Assembly: GCA_015233495.1 (NCBI GenBank)
Contig: JADFXQ010000019.1
Location: 1 to 33,627 of the forward strand
Direction: 5' to 3'
Length of the DNA: 33,627 nucleotides
From: Candidatus Omnitrophota bacterium
Lineage (GTDB): Bacteria; Omnitrophota; Gorgyraeia; Zapsychrales; Zapsychraceae
The position numbers were made by a program, and so were the translations under genes. The notes under the pieces were generated by a model. The model was not told where the DNA came from and ran no database searches. It saw only the letters and a program-made list of their open reading frames with translations. Below, in pieces: positions 8,719-17,327 of the stretch (positions within the stretch are counted from its first letter, which is position 1; every line of letters begins with the position of its first letter).

Positions 8719-9756
8719 ATGGAAGACGGACGAAAAATCATCTTTAACAAAGAGTCTGAGGAAGACAGTGTTTATAGCTTGTCTTTGCGTCCGGCGGTTT
8801 TGAACGATTTTGTCGGCCAAAAGGATTTGGTCAATAATTTGCGGATTTCCATTCAGGCCGCGCGGCAGCGGGGAGAGCCCCTGGAACATATGTTATTTTC
8901 CGGCCCTCCGGGTTTGGGCAAAACCACGTTGGCCAACATTGTCACGCATGAGATGAACGCCCGGATTACGATCACGTCCGGACCGGCGATTGAGCGGGCC
9001 GGAGATTTGATCGGGGTCTTGACGAATTTGGAAAAGGGGGATGTGCTGTTTATCGATGAAATCCACCGGTTGTCCAAAGTCGTGGAAGAATTTTTATATC
9101 CGGCCATGGAAAATTTCAAGATTGATTTTGTCGTCGATAAAGGTCCGTACGCGAAGACTATCAATTTTAATCTCAAACCGTTTACCTTGATTGGCGCGAC
9201 AACCCGCAGCGGGCTTTTGGCCGCGCCGTTACGGGACCGGTTTGGAATTTTTCATCATTTGGATTTTTATGAAACCGCGGATCTGGCGGAAATCGTGCTG
9301 CGGTCGGCCAAAAAATTAAACGTCGATCTATCGGCGGACGCGGCCCAAGCCTTAGCCAGTCGATCTCGGGGCACGCCGCGGATCGCCAATCGTCTTTTGC
9401 GGCGGGTACGGGATTTTGCCCAAGTCAAGACGCAGATGAATAAGATTTCATTAGAATTGACCGCTCAGGCGATGCAGACTTTGGCAATTGACGATCAAGG
9501 CTTAGACGACCTGGACCGGCGCATGTTGAATGTCATGCGCGAATTTTACCATGGCGGGCCGGTCGGTATTGAGGCTTTGACGGCAACCTTGAATGAGGAG
9601 ATTGATACCCTGGTGGATGTGGTTGAACCTTATCTTTTGAAAATCGGATTTGTCAAACGTACGGCGCGCGGCCGCGCTTTGACGTCTAAGGCGTTAAAAC
9701 ATTGTGGAGTTAAAATTGCCGCGGGGGCAGGGGATTCGGAAGAATTGTTTTCATGA
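8719..9756 (+). CDS. ruvB: Holliday junction branch migration helicase RuvB
   Basis: LRP...DFVGQ, GPPGLGKTT, FIDEIHR, SRGTPRIANRLLRRVRD, GGPVG, EPYL, RTARGR. Confidence 0.98.
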   Translation: MEDGRKIIFNKESEEDSVYSLSLRPAVLNDFVGQKDLVNNLRISIQAARQRGEPLEHMLFSGPPGLGKTTLANIVTHEMNARITITSGPAIERAGDLIGVLTNLEKGDVLFIDEIHRLSKVVEEFLYPAMENFKIDFVVDKGPYAKTINFNLKPFTLIGATTRSGLLAAPLRDRFGIFHHLDFYETADLAEIVLRSAKKLNVDLSADAAQALASRSRGTPRIANRLLRRVRDFAQVKTQMNKISLELTAQAMQTLAIDDQGLDDLDRRMLNVMREFYHGGPVGIEALTATLNEEIDTLVDVVEPYLLKIGFVKRTARGRALTSKALKHCGVKIAAGAGDSEELFS

Positions 9757-9974
9757 ATATAACCGCGTTAGCCAAAATTTTTATTTTGTCTGGCCTCCTC
9801 TTGACGGGTATGGGAATTTGCATCTGTCTGGGATGCAAGATCCCGGGGTTAGGACGTTTGCCGGGAGATATTTTGATCAAACGACCCAATTTTGTTGTTT
9901 ATTTCCCTCTGATGACCTGTATCCTCATGAGCCTGGTTTTGACCTTTCTATTAAATCTATGGCTGCGAAAATAA
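9753..9974 (+). CDS. Small membrane protein, DUF2905-like
   Basis: LGRLPGDI....NF..YFPL.TCIL.SL signature with two TM segments; typical ruvB-DUF2905-spoIID-queA-tgt synteny. Confidence 0.85.
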   Translation: MNITALAKIFILSGLLLTGMGICICLGCKIPGLGRLPGDILIKRPNFVVYFPLMTCILMSLVLTFLLNLWLRK

Positions 9975-11236
9975 TACGATTTTTATTGCTGGGCTTGATA
10001 GCCCTTGGCGGAATACCGCGTTTATCCAGCGCGGCCTGGGACGAGCATCCTGCGGCATTATCCGCGCCGCTAACGAACAGTTCGATTAAATCCGCGCCGC
10101 GTCAGGTTCGGGTCTTGGTTTCTAAAAATATTGATAATTTTATTTTATCGACGCTGGGGCCGTATCGTCTTGTTGACTACGCTTCCGGCAAAGAAATCAA
10201 CTTTCGACTGCGCAAATCCCGGGTGGTGGGACTGGCCGATGGGATTCATATTGGGCTATTGGCGACCCGTAGCCGGCGGGTCCGGCTGATCACCGATGAT
10301 GACATTTCGCTTTATCCTCCCCGGCGGGCTGCTCGGAGCAACCCTGCGTCCGGCTCAGAATGGGACCGGGCCTCGCGACGGCGTTATCGGGAGATTATAG
10401 ATATAATTTTAGATGCCCGGCAGCAATTAACGGTGATCAATGTTGTTGATCTGGAATCTTATGTCAAGGGAGTTTTGTATCACGAAGTTTCGCATCGCTG
10501 GCCGGTGGAGGCGATTAAGGCCCAAGCAGTTTGCACGAGATCGTATGTCTGTTATCAAGTCCAAGAAAACCCGAAAAACGATTATGATGTGACGAGTGAT
10601 ATTTATTCTCAGGTTTACGGCGGACGCGGCGCGGAACGGTTCCGGACAACTATTGCCGCAGAAAAAACGCGCGGGCAGGTTTTGACGTATCAAGACAAGA
10701 TTTTACCGGCATTTTTTCACGCGAATTCCGGAGGACACACTGAAGACGTGAACGCCTTATGGAATTTCGGGGATCTGCCGCCTTTGCGGGGAGTCGTCTC
10801 GTTGCAATCCCTGGGCCAGCCCAATGCGCAGTGGAAAAAAAATATGCGGTTAAAAGATATTCAAACACAATTAACCGCGTCGGGTCATCCGATTGGCGCG
10901 ATCGTGAATCTGGAAATTTTGGAACGCAATCAAAGCGGAAGGATCAAAACATTACGCATCACGGATCAATCCGCCAGACAATTACTAATCGCGGGAAAAG
11001 ATTTTCGGCAGATTGTGGGGCCGAATGAGATCCGGAGCAACAATTATTCGATCGTCATTAAAGGTTATTTTATCGATTTTTTTGGCAAAGGCTGGGGGCA
11101 TGGTGTGGGGATGTGCCAATGGGGCGCGTACGCAATGGCGGAGCAGGGCAAAACGTATGAAGATATTTTACGGTTTTATTATCCGGGCGCGGACATGATA
11201 ACGTTGGATGAGTGGGAGAAAAAAGCTTTTAAATAG
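9959..11236 (+). CDS. SpoIID/LytB-domain protein (lytic transglycosylase-like), exported
   Basis: INVVDLESYVKGVL..EV, EAIKAQAV..RSY, QVYGG, G.GWGHGVGMCQWGA, IL.FYYPG. Start ATG 9959 gives a signal peptide (MAAKIIRFLLLGLIALGG); the upstream part of the ORF-track frame overlaps ruvB and DUF2905. Confidence 0.92.
   Translation: MAAKIIRFLLLGLIALGGIPRLSSAAWDEHPAALSAPLTNSSIKSAPRQVRVLVSKNIDNFILSTLGPYRLVDYASGKEINFRLRKSRVVGLADGIHIGLLATRSRRVRLITDDDISLYPPRRAARSNPASGSEWDRASRRRYREIIDIILDARQQLTVINVVDLESYVKGVLYHEVSHRWPVEAIKAQAVCTRSYVCYQVQENPKNDYDVTSDIYSQVYGGRGAERFRTTIAAEKTRGQVLTYQDKILPAFFHANSGGHTEDVNALWNFGDLPPLRGVVSLQSLGQPNAQWKKNMRLKDIQTQLTASGHPIGAIVNLEILERNQSGRIKTLRITDQSARQLLIAGKDFRQIVGPNEIRSNNYSIVIKGYFIDFFGKGWGHGVGMCQWGAYAMAEQGKTYEDILRFYYPGADMITLDEWEKKAFK
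10316..10372. repeat. Putative in-frame palindromic insertion within the SpoIID CDS
   Basis: 57 nt, 43/57 G+C. Nested inverted repeats GGGCTGCTC/GAGCAACCC and CCCGG/CCGGG. Encodes PPRRAARSNPASGSEWDRA. Confidence 0.5.
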
Positions 11237-11308
11237 AGGTAATATCTTTTTCTCCGGTATTTTTTCGCTGTTAAAGTCGGGACAAGACGGCGGTCACCAA
11301 AATTTATT

Positions 11309-12316
11309 ATGAATTTAAAGGATTTTTATTTCGATCTGCCGGAACATTTAATCGCTCAGCATCCTTTGCACCGCCGGGACCAGGCGCGACTGATGGTGGT
11401 TAATCGAAAGACAGGAGAGATCCGGCTGGATATTTTTCGGCGGCTTGGAGCTTATTTGCCTCCGGATAGTTGTTTGGTTGTGAATGACAGCAAGGTCGTG
11501 CCAGCGCGTTTGATTACGCGCCGTAAAACCGGCGCGGCAGTTGAAATATTTTTGCTGCGGCCTTTGGGGGATGGATATGCTTATGAAGTGCTGCTGCGAC
11601 CGGCGCGGCGGCTGAAGATCGGCGAGAAATTTTTGTTTTGTTCCGGAGCCTTGATCGCGGAGATCATCAGCAAAGAAAATCCGACGGTCCGGTTTAACCG
11701 CAAAGATATCGGGACGTTTTTAAGACGGGTGGGACATATCCCTTTGCCGCCCTATATTCGTCGGGAAGACACGGCCGAAGACCGCAAATATTATCAAACG
11801 GTATACGCGAAAAATGACGGGTCAGTCGCTTCCGCCACCGCGGGACTGCATTTTACTCCAAGTCTGTTGGACCGATTGCGCGGATCCGGGCATACTACGG
11901 AAAGCGTGACATTGCATATCAATTACGGCACGTTTAAGCCGGTGGAAGAACAACGGATTGAAGATCACGTCATGCACTCGGAGAAGTTTCACATTGAACC
12001 GGAAGTTTATGCAAGAATTACGCAAGCAAAACACGACGGCCGCCCGATCGTCGCGGTGGGGACAACAAGTTGCCGGGCCTTGGAATCAGCAGCGCGAGCT
12101 AAAGAATTAAAAGGCGAGACCGACATATTTATTTATCCGGGGTATCAGTTTCAAACCATCGATGCCTTGATCACCAATTTTCATCTGCCGCACAGCACCC
12201 TGTTGATGCTGGTCGCGGCGTTCGCCGGACACGCTTTGATGAAGCAGGCGTATCAGGTTGCAGTGAAGGAGCAATATCGTTTTTTCAGTTACGGCGACGC
12301 GATGCTGATCATTTAA
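11309..12316 (+). CDS. queA: S-adenosylmethionine:tRNA ribosyltransferase-isomerase
   Basis: F.LPEHLIAQ.P, GHIPLPPYI, YQTVYA, TAGLHFT, AVGTTS.RALES, TNFHLP.STL, YRFFSYGDAM. Confidence 0.98.
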   Translation: MNLKDFYFDLPEHLIAQHPLHRRDQARLMVVNRKTGEIRLDIFRRLGAYLPPDSCLVVNDSKVVPARLITRRKTGAAVEIFLLRPLGDGYAYEVLLRPARRLKIGEKFLFCSGALIAEIISKENPTVRFNRKDIGTFLRRVGHIPLPPYIRREDTAEDRKYYQTVYAKNDGSVASATAGLHFTPSLLDRLRGSGHTTESVTLHINYGTFKPVEEQRIEDHVMHSEKFHIEPEVYARITQAKHDGRPIVAVGTTSCRALESAARAKELKGETDIFIYPGYQFQTIDALITNFHLPHSTLLMLVAAFAGHALMKQAYQVAVKEQYRFFSYGDAMLII

Positions 12317-12318
12317 AT

Positions 12319-13554
<1,236 letters not shown>

Positions 13555-13566
13555 TGAATTTTTGAT

Positions 13567-13608
13567 TTGCTTTTTGTTTGATAAAATGTATACTTTAAGT
13601 AGACATTT
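13567..13608 (+). promoter_or_regulatory. Sigma70-like promoter with overlapping palindromic operator for the TA operon
   Basis: TTGCTT (13567-72), 16-bp spacer, TATACT (13589-94). IR AAATGTATACT-TTA-AGTAGACATTT (13584-13608, 10/11 match) covers the -10. RBS AGGAGG at 13611-16. Confidence 0.7.
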
Positions 13609-13620
13609 ATAGGAGGGCTC

Positions 13621-13860
13621 ATGCAAACCACAGTCGTTGATCTTCGTTATCGGATGCGGGATATTTTAAAGGCGCTTGACCGTCGGGAACGGGTTCAGAT
13701 TCTTTATCATGGACGGATCAAGGGAGAAATTGTCCCCGCGGGGGAGCCTTCCGGCGGATTGGTTGAGGAACATCCTTTTTTCGGAATGTATCGGGATCAT
13801 TCTGGTTCGGTTGATAAGACGATGAAGGATTTGCGCAAAGGACGAACGCATGCTTTTTGA
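13621..13860 (+). CDS. Type II antitoxin, Phd/YefM-like
   Basis: 79 aa. N-terminus T..DLR....DIL.AL...E.V.I..HG....EIVP resembles the Phd DNA-binding fold. Overlaps the PIN toxin gene by 11 bp. Confidence 0.8.
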   Translation: MQTTVVDLRYRMRDILKALDRRERVQILYHGRIKGEIVPAGEPSGGLVEEHPFFGMYRDHSGSVDKTMKDLRKGRTHAF

Positions 13861-14230
13861 TACGGATATTTTGATTTGGGTCCAAAGAGGGAATACGAAA
13901 GCGGCAAGGCTGATCGATCAAGCGGGGGAACGGTTTATCTCCGCGCAAACTTTTATGGAGTTGTTGCAGGGAGAGTCACACAAACAACAACAAGACAAAG
14001 TAAAGGCTTTTTTGACCCAACGCAATTTTATGATTTTGGCTTTTACGGAAAATATCGGCCATCGAGCTATGGTTTATATGGAGCAATACGCCTTGTCGCA
14101 TGGGATCACCGTTGGTGACGCGATCATTGCCGCGACAGCCGCGGAAAATGATTGTGTTTTGGTCTCGGGAAATGAAAAACATTTCAAGCCACTTTCGGAT
14201 ATTAAACTCAAAATTTTTCGTCCGGATTAG
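13850..14230 (+). CDS. vapC: Type II toxin, PIN-domain (VapC family) ribonuclease
   Basis: MLFDTDILI, MELLQG, GDAIIAATA, SGNEKHF: PIN acidic-site pattern in 126 aa. Confidence 0.92.
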   Translation: MLFDTDILIWVQRGNTKAARLIDQAGERFISAQTFMELLQGESHKQQQDKVKAFLTQRNFMILAFTENIGHRAMVYMEQYALSHGITVGDAIIAATAAENDCVLVSGNEKHFKPLSDIKLKIFRPD

Positions 14231-14253
14231 TTTTTTAAAAGATTGGCCTAACT

Positions 14254-15006
14254 ATGCGTTTTGACATCATCACGATTTTCCCGGACATGATTCGTCCTAT
14301 GGTTAATGAGTCTATCTTGAAACGGGCGCAGGAGGCGGGGCGGATTGAAATCCACATTCATGATCTGCGGGATTACACCAAGGATAAACACCGCAAGGTG
14401 GATGACCGGCCGTTTGGCGGCGGGCCGGGCATGGTCATGTCTGCCCAGCCGATTGTCGACGCGGTCAGAAAGATCAAGGGACGGCGCAAGGCTATGGTAA
14501 TTTTGACTTGTCCCAAAGGAACGCCGCTTACCCAGGCCCATGCGAAAAAGCTGGCAAAAGAAAAAAATTTAGTTATAATATGCGGTCATTATGAAGGGAT
14601 CGATGATCGGGTGAATGATTTGGTGGTGGATGAGAGTTTATCGATCGGAGATTATGTGTTGACCGGCGGGGAGTTGCCGGCAGTGGTTTTAGTGGATTGC
14701 GTGGCGCGGCTGGTCCCCGGCGTATTGGGACGGGAATCGTCGTTAACGGATGAATCATTTGAGGCGTCGCGCCTTGAATATCCGCAATACACGCGTCCCG
14801 CGAATTTTCGTGGTCACCCGGTCCCGGATGTGTTATTATCCGGGGATCATAAAAAGATTGACGCCTGGCGGCGGGAGCAATCGCTGGCTGTGACAAAGAA
14901 AAATCGGCCGGATTTGCTGATCGGCACGAGGACACAGGACACAAGATACAAGACACAGGACACAAGACACTGGACACAAGACACAATTAAGGAGCATTCA
15001 TGGTAA
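14254..15006 (+). CDS. trmD: tRNA (guanine37-N1)-methyltransferase with repeat-encoded C-terminal extension
   Basis: VDDRPFGGGPGMV, ICGHYEGIDDR, SIGDYVLTGGE, EYPQYTRP, VPDVLLSGDH, RPDLL; then an extra IGTRTQDTRYKTQDTRHWTQDTIKEHSW. Confidence 0.98.
   Translation: MRFDIITIFPDMIRPMVNESILKRAQEAGRIEIHIHDLRDYTKDKHRKVDDRPFGGGPGMVMSAQPIVDAVRKIKGRRKAMVILTCPKGTPLTQAHAKKLAKEKNLVIICGHYEGIDDRVNDLVVDESLSIGDYVLTGGELPAVVLVDCVARLVPGVLGRESSLTDESFEASRLEYPQYTRPANFRGHPVPDVLLSGDHKKIDAWRREQSLAVTKKNRPDLLIGTRTQDTRYKTQDTRHWTQDTIKEHSW
14931..14986 (+). repeat. Heptamer tandem array, 8 units (consensus GACACAR)
   Basis: GACACAG GACACAA GATACAA GACACAG GACACAA GACACTG GACACAA GACACAA. Confidence 0.95.
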
Positions 15007-15392
15007 AAAATATTGGAGTATTGCTTAAAAGTTTGGACGCGAAGCAACTTCGCAAAGATATGCCTGAGTTTAATGTCGGCGACTCGGTGAAGATGATGGT
15101 TAAAGTGCAGGAAGGCGATAAAGTCCGTCTGCATCCGTTTGAAGGCACAGTTATCAGCAAAACCGGCCGGGGTTTCCATGCGACATTTACCGTGCGGAAA
15201 GTTTCGTTTGGTGAAGGCGTGGAAAGAATTTTTCCTATTCATAGTCCGGTGATCGAGAGTATGAAGGTGACCAGCCGCGGGGAAGTTAATAAAGCCAAAC
15301 TATATTATCTGCGGACCAGAGTCGGTAAAGGATCGCGCGTTAAAAAAGCGCAGGAACAACAGTCTAATGAGGCCCCAGTCGTCAAAGAATAA
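15000..15392 (+). CDS. rplS: 50S ribosomal protein L19
   Basis: PEFNVGD, FEG.VI, TFTVRKVSFGEGVERIFP, AKLYYLR; RBS AAGGAG; follows trmD. Confidence 0.98.
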   Translation: MVKNIGVLLKSLDAKQLRKDMPEFNVGDSVKMMVKVQEGDKVRLHPFEGTVISKTGRGFHATFTVRKVSFGEGVERIFPIHSPVIESMKVTSRGEVNKAKLYYLRTRVGKGSRVKKAQEQQSNEAPVVKE

Positions 15393-16032
15393 CCAGCGGG
15401 GATATGGCCCGGATTGGCAATATGAAGACCGGGCTTTGGCCCAAGGATATCAGCGGATCGTTGGCGTTGATGAAGCCGGCCGCGGTCCTTTGGCGGGTCC
15501 GGTTGTGGCGGCCGCAGTTATTATTCGAACGCGACAGTTTTCTTCGGTTATTCAAGATTCCAAAAAACTCACAGCTCAACAGCGCGAGTGCGCTTTTGCC
15601 GAAATTATGGATAAAGCCTATTTCGGCATCGGCTTGATTAGTCCCGCGGTTATTGATGAGATCAATATTCTGCGCGCCACGTTTTGGGCGATGACCAACG
15701 CAATCGAGCAGGTCATAGTGCAGATGGAAAAAGTGGAAGCCCAGGAAATTTCTGCTAGCCGGGTGTGTTTGTTAATTGACGGCAACCGGTTTCAATCGGA
15801 TTTGCCCTATGCTGTTCGAACCATTGTCCGGGGTGATGAACAAGCATTCTCCATAGCCTGCGCTTCGATAGTGGCAAAAGTCACTCGGGACCGGGTGCTC
15901 GGCTATTACGATAAAATTTTCCCGCAGTACGGGTTCTCCCGTCATAAAGGTTATCCAACGCTCGAACACCGTCAGGCCATAAAAGAATTCGGTCTGACCA
16001 TGATACACCGTAAGACATTTGCCGTAAAATGA
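15367..16032 (+). CDS. rnhB: Ribonuclease HII
   Basis: GVDEAGRGPLAGPV, DSKKL, IDEINIL, DGN, SIVAKVTRD, HKGYPT..H. Exact start uncertain. Confidence 0.96.
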   Translation: MRPQSSKNNQRGYGPDWQYEDRALAQGYQRIVGVDEAGRGPLAGPVVAAAVIIRTRQFSSVIQDSKKLTAQQRECAFAEIMDKAYFGIGLISPAVIDEINILRATFWAMTNAIEQVIVQMEKVEAQEISASRVCLLIDGNRFQSDLPYAVRTIVRGDEQAFSIACASIVAKVTRDRVLGYYDKIFPQYGFSRHKGYPTLEHRQAIKEFGLTMIHRKTFAVK

Positions 16033-16055
16033 CCATCGAAAATTTTGACAATATC

Positions 16056-16082
16056 GTAGAGGCAGACCCTGCCAGGCCTGCC
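16056..16082 (+). repeat. GTAG-type REP-like palindrome (degenerate)
   Basis: GTAGA GGCAGACC CTGCCA GGCCTGCC; arms match 7/8. Confidence 0.55.
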
Positions 16083-16105
16083 GGCTTGTGGCCGCCAGTG
16101 ATCGT

Positions 16106-16510
16106 ATGAATTATAAAAAAATTCCTGAAAATAATAATCGCACAAAAGGCGATATCGGCGAAGACCTGGCGGTGGAATATCTCATCCGTAAAGGTTATGA
16201 GATTATCGAGCGGAATCACAGCAACCCATTCGGCGAAATCGACGTAATCGGCCGCAACAGCGGGAACCTGTGTTTCATTGAAGTGAAGAGCCGTGCCGAC
16301 GACGAGGCGGGCTCACCGTGGGAAGCCGTGACGCGGTATAAACAAAGTAAAATTATCCGCGCTGCCCTTGGGTACATTATGCAAAACAAGGTGGCCGGTC
16401 AACAAGTCCGGTTTGACGTCGTAGCCGTTTACCCAAAAACCGGCCAAGTGGAACTGTTAAAAAACGCGTTTGAAAAAAGCTCCGCCGGCCGCTGGGTCCC
16501 GCCGTTTTAA
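16106..16510 (+). CDS. YraN (UPF0102) family putative endonuclease
   Basis: G..GEDLA..YL...GY.I.ERN, GEIDVI, FIEVKSR, RFDVVAV; conserved position after rnhB. Start ATG 16106 preferred. Confidence 0.92.
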   Translation: MNYKKIPENNNRTKGDIGEDLAVEYLIRKGYEIIERNHSNPFGEIDVIGRNSGNLCFIEVKSRADDEAGSPWEAVTRYKQSKIIRAALGYIMQNKVAGQQVRFDVVAVYPKTGQVELLKNAFEKSSAGRWVPPF

Positions 16511-16698
16511 GGGTCAAAACTTCAAAGAGGCTATATTTTAAAAATCTATTCGACTTGATCGTTAATGTCTAAAAATACGATTTATGAAAAAATCCCACTT
16601 TCGAAGCAAAATAACCGCGGCATTTAGCTTGATTTGCTTTTTATTTGCAAGCCCGCCTGCCGGACAGGCAGACGCAATCCGAATTTTTAAACCTCAAT

Positions 16699-16724
16699 GT
16701 GGAAAAAGTTTTGATTTTTTCCAC
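16699..16724. promoter_or_regulatory. Inverted repeat (operator or weak terminator) in AT-rich intergenic region
   Basis: GTGGAAAAA-GTTTTGAT-TTTTTCCAC, perfect 9-bp arms, followed by TTT. Confidence 0.4.
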
Positions 16725-16834
16725 TTTCAGGTATGACTTTAGTGTTTAAACTCGTTGAAAAATCACGATTCATTCGTTAAGATATTCCAGTCTTAATTTT
16801 GCGTCATTGAGGGTTTATCACTCGGAAAGGGTTT

Positions 16835-17317
16835 ATGGCAAAAAAATATCGTGATTATCAGATAGCGGAATATTTGCAAGTGTTGTCGGCCCGGGAGCCG
16901 GTGCCGGGAGGCGGGTCGGTTGCGGCTTTGACGGCCGCGCTGGCGGCCGGGTTGTTGGCCATGGTCACGCGGTATAGTTTGGGCCGCGGGGCGGCGAAGC
17001 CGGTGGAGCAAAAATTGGCACGGTTGCTGACGGATACGGATAAAATCCGGGACCGGTTTTTGGATTTGGCGGAGGAGGATTCGGCGGCTTATTTGGCCGT
17101 GGTCGCGTCGCGCAAGGGCACGCCGGCGGAAAAAAAAGCGGCGCAGAAACAATGCGACGCGGTATTAAGAGAAATGAAGCGTTTGTGTCCTAAGGCAGTT
17201 GGTCTGGCTCCGTATTTGGTCACCCACGGAAGTCCGTATTTATTGTCGGACATTGAAGTCGCGGTGGAACTTTTAAACGCGGCGTTTAATTCGGTTCTGG
17301 CATTGTCGCACAGCTAA
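16835..17317 (+). CDS. Cyclodeaminase/cyclohydrolase family protein (FTCD C-terminal-like; probable methenyl-THF cyclohydrolase, FchA-like)
   Basis: P.PGGGSVAAL..AL.A.L..MV, D..AY..V, SD..VA..L..AA; directly upstream of folD. Confidence 0.85.
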   Translation: MAKKYRDYQIAEYLQVLSAREPVPGGGSVAALTAALAAGLLAMVTRYSLGRGAAKPVEQKLARLLTDTDKIRDRFLDLAEEDSAAYLAVVASRKGTPAEKKAAQKQCDAVLREMKRLCPKAVGLAPYLVTHGSPYLLSDIEVAVELLNAAFNSVLALSHS

Positions 17318-17327
17318 AGGCATCAAT

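Noticed and set aside
9704..9958. 85-aa N-terminal extension of SpoIID in the ORF track
   Set aside because: It overlaps the ruvB end and the DUF2905-like gene; ATG 9959 gives a proper signal peptide.
14931..14986. Possible CRISPR array or DGR template
   Set aside because: Contiguous 7-nt units with no spacers; no cas or reverse transcriptase gene in the window.
16645..16700. Resemblance to a c-di-GMP-I riboswitch (GCAA..stem..GACGCAA) or a ZTP riboswitch 3' part (CCCGCCTG)
   Set aside because: No GNRA tetraloop/receptor or P1/P3 stems, and no ZTP 5' domain. An Rfam search would be needed to overturn this.
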